Part shown: one piece after another, positions 34,018 through 44,900 of the stretch
How the letters are laid out: each line of letters starts with the position of its first letter
Position numbering within the stretch: position 1 is the first letter of the stretch
From: Schizochytrium sp. TIO01
Taxonomy: Eukaryota; Protista; Bigyra: Labyrinthulomycetes
Direction: 5' to 3'
Length of the DNA: 64,000 nt
Assembly (NCBI GenBank): GCA_004764695.1
Contig: SMSO01000032.1
Coordinates: 4,000,483 to 4,064,482, forward strand
Notes under the pieces: generated by a model
The model's input: the letters and a program-made list of their open reading frames with translations, nothing else
The model's database searches: none
Told to the model about the DNA's origin: nothing
Made by a program: the position numbers and the translations under genes

Positions 34018-35271
34018 TGTGTTTTCAGTCTTGCGTTGTGTGTTCAGTCCCTAAACTCTGCTTGGTTTATTCTGGTAAAGTTTTGGATGAAGGAAACCAG
34101 TGATAGTACTTATAGCATCAACATGTACATGCTTATTATTGTCTAGCGAGGAGTCTAAGCACGCACACGATATGTAAATATATTCCTTTTGATAACTTTC
34201 CACTACCTATCAGTTATCTTTCCCGGAAATGAGTCAGGATGGTAGCTTCTAATCCTTTCGCGCCTTTTTTGTGCAGCTAGTGAGTGACCTTTTGCTCAAC
34301 TAGTCTTCCAGTTCGCAAGTTGTCTGACTTCTTTCGTGGGCAGCACAAAGGCCTTTTAAAATTTATGCAGGCGTAAAGAACCGCTAGAAATTTTCACTGC
34401 TGGGTTTATGAGAAGCAAACCTTATTTGAATTGCTTGTTGTAAGCACCAGCACTGCTCGCTGTGTTCCAACCTGAGCACTAAACGAACAGAGTAGTTGCG
34501 AATAAACGCCTCTTTACAGAGCAATGTGATAAGTTCATTGGTTTTAGAGCGGTCATTTTCTGGAAACGTTCCCCCATATTTTCATAGTTATAAGGATTAT
34601 GTTAAACTTATTTTGTTCCCAAAAGAGGAACTCGCACCTTTCGTACATAAATTTTTATTTTAGCACAAAAATCCAGAAAAACGCATATTTTTAGTCAACA
34701 TTTCGCTAAGACTTTGATTGGTCTTCAAATGAGAGAAGTTATGTAAAGACGAGCACCCGTCGGTAATACTCTTTCTGTCACTTTTAATGAACTTGGTTTC
34801 CTCCGATAAGAAACACATACTGGAAAAAAGAAACCTGAAAACTTGAAAAAAGAAAGCTATACAAAGATCCGTTGATCGATATAGTGCACACCTATCCTAA
34901 TCAAAGATATGATTGTGACTACTGGGAACATTTACAAATAGAGGTCTAATGCCCACAATACAGATTCTGATTTATTCAGAGAAAACATTAATTCTATTTG
35001 CTGCGTATATTTTTATAGTATTCTGAAGCAGGAGCAAGCACCTTGTGGCTGATACGGATTTTGGACTACTGTCTTTGAAAGATTACTTGTTGAGCGTCCT
35101 ACTTTAGCAAGAGATAACAACCTGAGTAGTGCAAACCTCCCTTGGCAACTTTCTCTTATTATCCAAGGTGCAGAAAACGCAGCAAGCATAACTACTCCCC
35201 TGCTCTCTTGTGTGGAGTAAATCGCTGTTGTATTCCTACCTCCTGGCTATCGTTTCGTGGCGGAAGGAGCC

Positions 35272-35995
35272 ATGGCGTCAGAGGCGAAACTGCATGATAG
35301 CGACGATGTGGGTGAGGTAAGTAAGCGGAAGGCGCTTCTATACCCCTGCTGAAGTTGCGTTGCACAACTGCGCCAAAGACTGCTGGGTCTCTGCCTTTGG
35401 CAAAGTTCTTGACCTCACTCCTCTTCTTGCAAGCATTGCACCAGAGAGTGAAGATGCGGCTCTCATGGTACCTATTGAAGCGCATGCGGGAAAAGATGTC
35501 TCTCATTGGTTTGACAAACGGACCTGTGAGGTTAAACGAGCACGTGATGAAAGTACAGGACTTGTTCTCCCTGTTTTGCCACATGGACGTTTCCTTCATG
35601 TTGCACCAGCGGAACCAGTCTCGAACTGGAACACAGACTTTCAAGAACCTTGGTGGCGTGATGACGAGAGCTATTGCATTGGAAGCCTGTCAGAGAGTGT
35701 AAGAAGCGTTTGCATCGTCAACATGTTGACTTATCAGGAGACAGTACTTGAAGTATGTGAAGAAGAAACGATTCGCGAAATTGAGGATCGTTACCTTGAT
35801 TGGAACGCACACTCCCAGAGCTACACTTGGAAAATCCTTGACGGTGATTGCTTTCGGCCTCTCGATATGGATCTAAACCTGACCGAAAATGGTCTCGAAG
35901 ATGAGAATGCACTTTTTGACAAACTATCAATTCCCCGCGAAACCTTCATTCCCACAATTCATGTATACTTTAATGATGACCTAACTATTGAGTGA
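35272..35995 (+). CDS. CYB5D1: Cytochrome b5 domain-containing protein 1 (ciliary/flagellar); 5' end out of frame with the likely ATG
   Basis: RFYTPAEVALHNCAKDCWVS..GKVLDLTPL..AGKDVSHWFD, PHGRFLHV, PWWRD, EETIREIEDRYL..NAHSQSYTWK and PTIHVYFNDDLT match the CYB5D1 signature. Confidence 0.88.
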
Positions 35996-36386
35996 ACTGC
36001 ATCTTCATTTTCTAAATAAACATAAACTGTTGTTGTTGATCTTTTGGCAAGCGTGGGGGGTCATATATATCCAGCTTTAGATACTGTCATTCACACGCAT
36101 CAATTTAAGGGTGAAGCACACCTTTATTTTGTTTAAAGAAGACGTCTTGCATGATAGTTTGTGGAGCAACAGTGTAGTGATGTAAAACATCCAACGAATA
36201 TTTGCGCACCACCTAATATACTAAAGTAGCTGGGTAAGCGCTTATCAATTGTTTCAAGATTTATTTAACAAATGGGCAAGCCCTCTAAAAGAAGAGAAAG
36301 AAAGCAAACTCAGAGAGATGACGTTTCAAGAGTTCCGAAGTCTGCATATAAACAAACATGCTAGCTGCTAGCATACCCTATCATAG

Positions 36387-38973
36387 TTAAGCTCTTGTCG
36401 TCAGACGTAAAAATTCGTGCTCGGTGTCTTCCATTGAACACGATCCTGACATCCCGCCAGAACCTGGTATAAAGCCAAGCCCGCTGCAAGATAGTTGACA
36501 TAACTTGCGAAATTCGAGCATTGATCGATCTTCTTCGGCCCGACAACCCATGTCTTGATGTGCACCTTCCTTAGCACCATAGATATCGCCACTATCAGTG
36601 GTGAAAGATGTATCCTGCATAGCAAAAGGTAGGTCTCCTGCTGAACCATCCAGTCCAGAGTTAGAGGAAGGCTGAGGGCTCTGTAGCAACAGTTGCTCCC
36701 CATACTCGCTCATGAAACGCGCAGCAAGGGGGTCAATCTCGTTCTCTGGGAGATGCCAGGGCATTTCGAGAGTGAGAAGGTTCAGCATTGGGCGGCTTGT
36801 GCTTTTCCGCTGGCTATCACTTTGTTGAGGATGCATAGAAGCCAACAACAGTTCGTCAGGCATGCGGCGAGGTGATCCCTGCGTATTGGTAGGGGCTTTT
36901 CTCAGTCCAGAGTTGTTTGCAGTAGTTGCTTGACTTCCTGGTCCCATGCTCTTTCGACGAGAAAGACCTAAAGGCTTAAAAGGTTCCATGAGTAATGAAC
37001 TTCGAGGCTCGGGCAAACTTGTAGATGGGATGGCGGGGGGCGACATTGAAGACGAGAGAGTGCCAAGTTGGTGCTGTGACTTTGCTTGGTCTAGTGCACC
37101 ATGCCCTTGACTGTTGAGACCATCTGAAATCTCCCGCATGGACCTGTCTAAGGAACTAAGTGAGCGCAAGAGCTGTTGCGATGATTGCAGAGAAGCAGAC
37201 ATAGACTCCATCTCTGCACCCGATAGTGATGGATACTTACGCCCACTAGGAAAATTTACATGGGAAAGACGGGGTGGTAATGAGTGAGGTGCATTTCCAC
37301 CTTCACCTACCGACGATCCCGAAGAACCGCTATATGCGTAAAACATCACCTCTCCCGAGGCGCCTGATACCCCTTGCCCACTCCTTGAACCATCAAAGTT
37401 GAGAGGAGAGGTGCCGGTATACGACTTGGGTAACAACTGTGCGGCGAAAGGGCAAAAGTGTTACACGACGATTCTGCAAAGACTTTGATCGTCCCTGCTG
37501 AAGGTTGTTGTGTATATAACTGGTGGGTGAAGAGCCTGCTGTTGACGGTCGCCTTACCTGTATAATTCCAAGTCTACCAACCGGTGAAGATGTCGGTGAG
37601 TCTTGTGCAAGTGTTCGCGCCGAGGCAGAGTCATTGGCCCTCCGGGCGTTGGGTATTGCACGAGGCGAACTCACATGTTTGGTAGATAAAGCTGCCTCCT
37701 GCAACTCTCTGTCTTGGTTTGCAAATCTAGACGCCTCATATTGTCTATCATTTGCTAGGGAATGCGGTTGTGACAAAGGCAAATCAGAGGATTGTAGCTG
37801 TCTTGAAGCCTGCTCTAACGGTGATAGTGGTGGCATTTCTGCCGGAATTTCTACAAGCAAGGGCACAGAGAGCCCAGCTGTACTCAGATCAGCAAGGTAA
37901 TTTACACAAAGTTCTACGGTGGAATTGCCTACAGATAGGATGGGTAAGCTCATTTCAGCGCGCTCGAGGGAAGGTTTCAGACCTTGAAGCTGTTTATCAC
38001 TCCGGCCCGCCACATGTACACGGTTCAAAACACCTGGCGTCTTTGCTAGACGTGATGTCGGGAGGCATGCTGCAAGGGAAATTATAGACCTCAACATCAC
38101 CGCACATCTACGCTGAAGCTGAGAATCTGCTCCCGACCTTCTCTGTATGCCAGACCCTCCAGAGACATGAGTTAAAGAACTTTCTAAGCTCTCGTGAGCC
38201 TTGCCTTTGAACTGCCTCGGGTCTGCTGCCAGCACGAGAATGTGCCACCTTTCCAGGAGCACCTCAGGCTTCAACCTATCCTGGAGCACGGTTTCCACAA
38301 CAATCTCAACACGTCCATTAGCATCCGTCTCTATATCCCCAGCTCTCACTTTATGGTTTTTGCATAGATCTACACGAACGCCAAAAAGGCTCTCCACAGA
38401 GTCTTCATTCTCTGCCTTTCCAGCATCGTCGGTCGCATTCGCAGACTCCATTCTGATGATATTTATATTCTTAAGTTCTTCCCCGCCATAGCGCTGAGCA
38501 AACCCGATCTCGCTGTAGGTCTGTCCTTGACCTTGACGTATTTCAGAGCTTTTGTTCTGCATTGTGCTTCGGTTTTGGCCCAGCATAAGGTGGTCTCTAT
38601 TGCTGTTGCTATCAGTTTCGCCGAGCCCTTGTGGTTCCCCGTTAAACGATTCTGCTGTTCCCGCTGGCGCTGAGAGCCCTGAATCTGTTCTCAAGGTATC
38701 TAGGGTCGTTTCCTGGTTACCTTTCAGGCTGGACCGGTCATCTTTAGCGACGAGAACGTGTCCTGAGGAAACGTCAGAGACGGCAATGACGCTGGCACCA
38801 GCAGAGTTGGCCCGTTCGGGGCCAGCAGGGCGCGAGCATGGTCCACACCGCCGTGCGACCAGAACATTCGCAGCCGCTGCCACGAGTTGCAGTGTCACAT
38901 CCTCCATTGCCGCGACGGACCAACGGTCCTCGCAAGCGCTCTTACGAGCGACTTCGAATATGCTGCTCCCCAT
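36387..38973 (-). CDS. ATG13: Autophagy-related protein 13 (N-terminal HORMA domain + disordered Ser-rich tail), two exons; ATG at 38973 or 38907
   Basis: HORMA-type segments (AAANVLVARR, VLLERW, RRCAVMLRSIISLAACLP) and C-terminal DLPFA and F..LC motifs. The two ORFs join in phase through an intron at 37437-37557. Confidence 0.75.
37437..37557 (-). other. GT-AG intron in ATG13 (121 nt, phase 0)
   Basis: Donor CAG|GTAAGG, branch-like GTGTAAC, and acceptor TTTTGCCCTTTCGCCGCACAG|TTG. Removal fuses the 548-aa and 349-aa ORFs exactly in frame. Confidence 0.8.
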
Positions 38974-39118
38974 CTCAACCTCGTCAACAACTTCATTTCT
39001 TTTCCTTTTCTTTATCTGTTCTTTTATGTTCTGTTTCACTCTCTCAGTATTTTCAAGTTAGTCTCCGTTCTTTCTTAGTTCCTGTTTTATTTTGGAATGC
39101 TATCATGGGCATAGGTAA

Positions 39119-39230
39119 CTATTACTATTACTATTACTATTATTATTATGATAATGATGATGATGATGATGATTATTATTATTATAACTACTAATACTAA
39201 TAATACTACTACTACTACTACTACCACTAT
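39119..39230. repeat. Compound trinucleotide repeat (TAT/TAC)n(GAT)n(TAT)n(TAC)n
   Basis: Direct reading; lies upstream of ATG13. Confidence 0.9.
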
Positions 39231-41589
39231 GAAGATCATGATATTGGAGCAATAGTCTCTTATCACTAGGATTCTCTATCTGGTGCTAGCCTCTTGGGAG
39301 TTCTCGCTTTCAAGTTCTCCTGTTCTCTTCAACTATAGCTAGACTTATTCCACAATCGATCGGAACCTCGCACTTTACGTACATTCAAGCAAGAGTCAGA
39401 GAACAACGTCTGAACTGCTGGGAGGCCGACGCCCAAGCACACGAAAGATTCAGAGTTCTTAACACGTCAACGATCATCGTTAGCTTCAGCTGGAGGATTA
39501 AATAGAAAGCATATTCTGAAATGAAGCGACCTCGCACTAAAACTCGTCCATATCTCGAAAATCAAGCATTTTTTACATATAGCTCACCCGAATTACTTTA
39601 AACTATGACGGCGATGAATGGCATCAGTGAAACATCAAGCAACCCCACTTCCAGTTTTGTAAAATCACTAACGTGCTCAGCAAAGGAGAGGGTGTCCTAC
39701 ACCACGAGAAGTGCGATCAATAGAAATCCCTTTTCGAAATCACCAAATGTAGGGCCTATCTCTGAGCCGTTCAAAGGTTCGCTGAAATCCTCATAATCTC
39801 CATCGATCAATTCCACAGTGTGATCAAGAGCCAGGTTTCTCAACCACAACTTCTACCCCAAAATTCCACAAAGTGATTGAGAGCTACACCCTTCAAGCTT
39901 GACTGTTTTTACTTTATGCCGTATCTTGTTACTGTCGAAATCGTTATGAGCAGCCATACTCAGATATAGTTAGCTAGGTCATTGAGTGTCGTGTTCTATT
40001 TTGTTCCACAGTAGGTGCGTGTTCTTTCCAAGACTCTGTGTTATGATTTCGGTCTTTGGGGACTTTGACGTTGCGGACTGTGCGCCGAAGATAGTTGCTA
40101 AGTCGTATCAGTCAAATATGCTATAAATTGAGATTGGTTAGTGCCCCAAATCTTTCTCAAATATTGTTTCGGACCTTGCGGGCAAGGTGTTGATTGCACG
40201 GATGCCAGTCATTCAGAACGTCGGTATAGCGCTAAGTTTTACTTTGACGTGAAACCTTAGGAAACTCTTGCAGGGATGGTTAGCTCGCACACTTGACCAC
40301 ACACCTCGTCTTAGGCTGCAGAAGGTAGCAGTGCCTGCTGAGGGTTTCGGATATCAAGAGGGCTAAGAGGGCTATGAAGGAGGTCGCATAAACGGCTAGC
40401 TGATACAAGCTTTGTCAAGCTCATGCAGGGCTCCAAACAGTCTTCTGAGACAAGCATACACAAGGATTCCCTTAGAAGTATAAGATAGTCATAATCTTTA
40501 TACAAACATAGATGAGATGACCAACCATTCATGTGTAAACTGTAGAATTATGGTCAAAAGTAGGTTATTTGCAAACATCGTTCTCGGCAAGCGGATAACA
40601 CTTTTGAGTGACTCGGCTCAAGAAAAGTTCAGGCTTCGTTCTATGTTGAGATCTACATGGTTTTAAAAATTGACACTGCCTGCACCACTGCAGTTTAGTA
40701 TACAAGCCCATACATAAGTCATAACTTTACCACGGGAATGATGTCTCTAGATCAACTTTTTAAATCAGAATAGCTGTAACCCCTGCACTTTTAAGGCGTA
40801 TCGTGTGCAGGAGCATTCGCATCAAATACTTTTCGACAAATTGGGTAGCTCGTAAGGTAAACTTTATGGCTTTAAACTTATCCCTGTATTATGAACTTTG
40901 CAATTGCTGTTTACTTTTCTGCAAACCATATTCACCCAACAAGTAGAGACTCCTGCCGTGATTTTCTCTAGAGTTGAAACAAACGCACCAATTCTCTCAT
41001 GAAACCTTAACTAATTAAATTAGTTCTGCTTGTGTTTCTAGAAATAAACTCATCCAAACAACATTTGAAGATGTCCAGCCTCTGGAAAACTTGGAATTCT
41101 TTTAACATTCTCAGAATTTGTCAAAGAAAGAGAATTCGCAAATTATCGAGAATAGCCTAGTGTTAGCTTCTATGCGCCTTTGCATATAAAATTATAATAG
41201 GTGATTATACATCAAGGTTGTATATATTTTTTGAGGAGACCCAGCGATAATACAACGAACCATTCCTAGTGGGCGTAGAGGAGGATCATCACTATATTGT
41301 TGTCTTGTCAAAATCATTAACAAAATTCAGAAAGAGGTTTCAAGTTAGAGCTAAATGTTTCCTTGCCCCGCATACCTGAAGGTTGATTATTTATTAAAAG
41401 TACATCAGAAAATTCACCGACACAATAATTCTGTGAGGAGAAGTAGGATTTTGCATAGGTTTCAGGTTGTCTCCTTCTATGCTCTCCCTCCCCACTGCGA
41501 GTTTCCTTTCTTCGAGCTCATCTCGACATAAAACAACGAAAACTCAGATGGAAAAATAAAATAAAATAAAATTTAAAAAAATAAAAAAA

Positions 41590-41660
41590 TTCCCACGCCG
41601 GGAATCGAACCCGGAGATTGACGGTGAGAGCGTCAAATGTTACCATTACACCACATGGGA
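41590..41660 (-). tRNA. tRNA-Glu (anticodon CTC)
   Basis: Minus strand reads TCCCATG TGGTGTAATGGTAACA T TGACG-CTCTCAC-CGTCA ATCT CCGG GTTCGATT CCCGG CGTGGGA A. Acceptor stem, anticodon arm and T-loop all form, followed by an oligo-T Pol III terminator. Confidence 0.95.
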
Positions 41661-41733
41661 TATTGCGGAAGTTATTGCCATGTGTACGTGTGATACTTAT
41701 ATAGTTTGGTATAATATAGCTACACAATTTGTA

Positions 41734-41810
41734 GAAAGAAAAAGCACTTACAAAATCTTGAAGAGAAAAAGCACTCTTTTAAAATCTTGAAAAGAAAGAG
41801 CGCTCTTGAG
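41734..41810. repeat. Three degenerate ~27-29 bp tandem units (GAAAAAGCACT...AAAATCTT) between the tRNA and the nuclease-helicase gene
   Basis: gaaagaaaaagcacttacaaaatctt / gaagagaaaaagcactcttttaaaatctt / gaaaagaaagagcgctcttg. Confidence 0.7.
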
Positions 41811-41990
41811 ATTGCAAGGTCTTAAACAGAGCAGAACACAATCAGATTGCAAAGCGAAGCTTTTGTAAAGCAGTTTCTGCAACAACAAGAACTGCGTTAG
41901 AAACGAACGCAAAGAGAGTTTGTGGTTAGGTCTTGGAAAGTTTGCTCGTTCCCTGAAAATTTATTCCGTGTGCCTTGGTGTAGAAGAGAG

Positions 41991-44900
41991 ATGTTGCACG
42001 ACAACAATGCCGGTAGAGAGTTTGGAGAAGGTGCTGGTGGAGAGCTCCGAGGTCGAGCTCCGAGAGTGTCTGCGTCTCTGATAGGAGAGTTCTTCTCGCG
42101 CAAGTGCGAGCGTTTTCTACGCCGAGAATCCACGCGACATTCTGGACAAAATCGCCAGGAGCGTACCGAAGAACCGTTGCAGGTGCAACGAGGGCGACTT
42201 TTCGAGGAGGAGCTAGAAGCTACCTTGTGGGGAAACGACAGGGTTCTTCTCATTAACTTGGGAGGCGAGCGTGAATTTGCAGGCGAACCAGCTCGCTTGC
42301 TGACAAACCTCCATGAATTCAATGTGGAGGCAGATCTTGTGGTCTTTTCTCAAATGCCTCTTACCTTAACAGGATCAGGACACACAGTCTGGACTGAGCT
42401 CCTCGATCAAGTCGGTGCATCATTTGCATTGGCTCGGCCAGACTTTGTTTTCGCATGTCCCTACAATGGGCAGATTATGGTTGTTGATGCAAAATCATAC
42501 GAAGCGATCAAAATTTCTCATCTTACCCAAGTGTCAATCTACAGTATTCTACTCGAAGAACTCATTTGCAGCCTCAATCTTAGGTCGCCCCAGAACCACC
42601 TTCATGTAGCTTCGAAAGGAGGAATCTGGCTGCCAGGAATGTCTGAACCGTATTACTTGCCTTCAACTATAACTCAGCCGAATCTAAAAGACGAGCCGTT
42701 GATTGAGGAGGGTCCAATTTTAGTTGATTTGGAGGCAGTTAAAGAGGCTGTCCATACTTTCCTTCGCGATGATTTGGTAAGAATCTGCTCTGCTCCCGAA
42801 TCGTCTCTGGGGTGGCAACTAGCTTCGAGTTGTCAAACTTGTGACCACGTCCAGCATTGTCGTACCATTCAAACGGCACCAAACGGAATTCCGGAGGTTC
42901 TTCTAGGCCATGTACCTTATCTTGATCATGATGTCGCTGCAAATTTAGCGTCGCATGTGCCTACTCTACCATTGATACAGGTGCAAAACTACCCAGTCAG
43001 AGATATTGAGGACTTTTTGCTCAACATTAATGAGTCCTCAACAGTTCCAGTAACGCTGCAAAACTCAGCTCGACGAGCTTTGCTATTAAATAGCCAACAA
43101 AACAATAGAAATATTCGCGAGATTCTAGAAGACGAGTTAAGCGCTCCTCAACTTCGTCCAGACACGTTTATTGAAGACCTTGGCTTTGAGGCGCAAGAAC
43201 ATGTTATCATCGACGCAATCGCAAGGCCCGATATCTTGCCAATTCAACCGCTGAGCATTACCTGTTACTTTGCATCAACGAACACAACAATCCAGTTTTC
43301 AGCAGACCCGAATAGTGTGCTCGCCCAATCTTCCCAAGTAAACAAAGTTCTCTCTGAGCACTTCGTGGAGTTGTTGTATGACAGGATTCACTCTATGCAC
43401 GAGGGTGCTATCAGGTTAGCTGTTTTGAGCTGGAGCGAACGGTCGCTGGAAATATTCACTACTTTTCTGATCAATTTTGCCTGCTCATCTGATGGTTTGC
43501 CTTCATTGCGTGAGCAAGCTACGCTACTGGCTTGGACGCTTGGGGATCGACAGCGTCTCGTTGATCTTCCGTATACAGTAGATCTCTTTGGTTTCAGTCC
43601 AGTACCCAATATATCCTACTACAGAATACTTGCAAGAGCTGAACTAGATATCATGTTTAATAACCTTCCTCAAGAATTCTGTGATTGGTATCTAGAAGGT
43701 ATTGGTCAAGAACCAAATTTGCGACTACGAGCGCCAAGAAATGGGCTGGTTCTTAATAAAGAAGGTGTTGCGAAAGCAGTGTTTCTGTATAATGCTCAAG
43801 AGTTTTTCAGATTGAACTTTCTCAGCGTTGAAGATAGCAATGTAGACGAGCTACTTGATGACGCTAGAGAAAGGTACTTTCAGCATATAAATGACGCCAA
43901 ACAAAACCGGGTCTTTGTGGTCGAAGCCTTTGTTAAAAAATATGTCATGATCCCTAAGCCAGGATTCTTTTCTTTTCAGGATTGTCTTGATGCATTTGGT
44001 GTGCACGTTGCTGTACAGGAAGACAACGTGGTCCAACAAAGGTGGATCACGCATCAAAGCGTTGATACTGAACTTTTACATCGAGTTCAAGCACTTTGGC
44101 AATTGACTTCTGCGATTGGTCTGCTTACACAAACAGTTGAGGGTTGGATTGTTAGAAAAATCACCCCTTTTCTAAGGTTCCCAAGATTACTCTCTATTAC
44201 ATCCCAATCGCTTATTCGTGCATGTACAATCGAACAACAACGTGTCCTAAAAGGAGTGCAAAGGTACCAATCACTGCGTTCAGCAGAGCCCCGCGAGGTT
44301 TTGGTTAGTGAAGGTAGACTTCCAAGGCTCATCGCAACTGGGGAGAACGCCAGAGTACAGCATAAGGGCGCGCGAAGAGAAACTTGGGATTGTCAGTTTC
44401 GAATCGACCCGACCTTATCAGATCTTGAAATCGATGCAACACCAACTATTAAATCCTGGATTTTAGTTCCGGACACCCGAGACTCATGGCGCAATCTCTT
44501 GGCTTATGACGACCTTCGAACGATGGACTCACCTGATCCACCAATTTCGGGCGGCACAGCCTCGATTATAGCAGTCCAGGGGGGTTTAGTCCACCTTCGC
44601 ACTGCTGGTTACTTCAATGCTAAGGATTCGGAGCGGGTTCCTAGGCCTGGACAAGCGTTTTTCCTCGTCAAGCGATACACGAACTTTACATGTTCAAAAG
44701 TTCTAAAAGGTTTGATGGGGCTTTCGGTTAATAACCCTGCTGATGTTCTCACATTGATAGCCAATCCTGTAGCCTGGAATACCGAATCTGGGCTTCCAGT
44801 TCGTCTCGATAAAGGCATTTTGTCATCATTACAGCCCTCTCAACGAAGAGCAGCTTTGAGGTGTGCAAACAACCGTCTCCAGGTCATTTGGGGACCTCCC

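Noticed and set aside
37393-37436. Apparent frameshift between the 548-aa and 349-aa ORFs
   Set aside because: Fully explained by a canonical in-phase 121-nt intron.
41734-41810. Repeats near the Cas4-like nuclease as a possible CRISPR-like array
   Set aside because: The units are contiguous and degenerate with no unique spacers.
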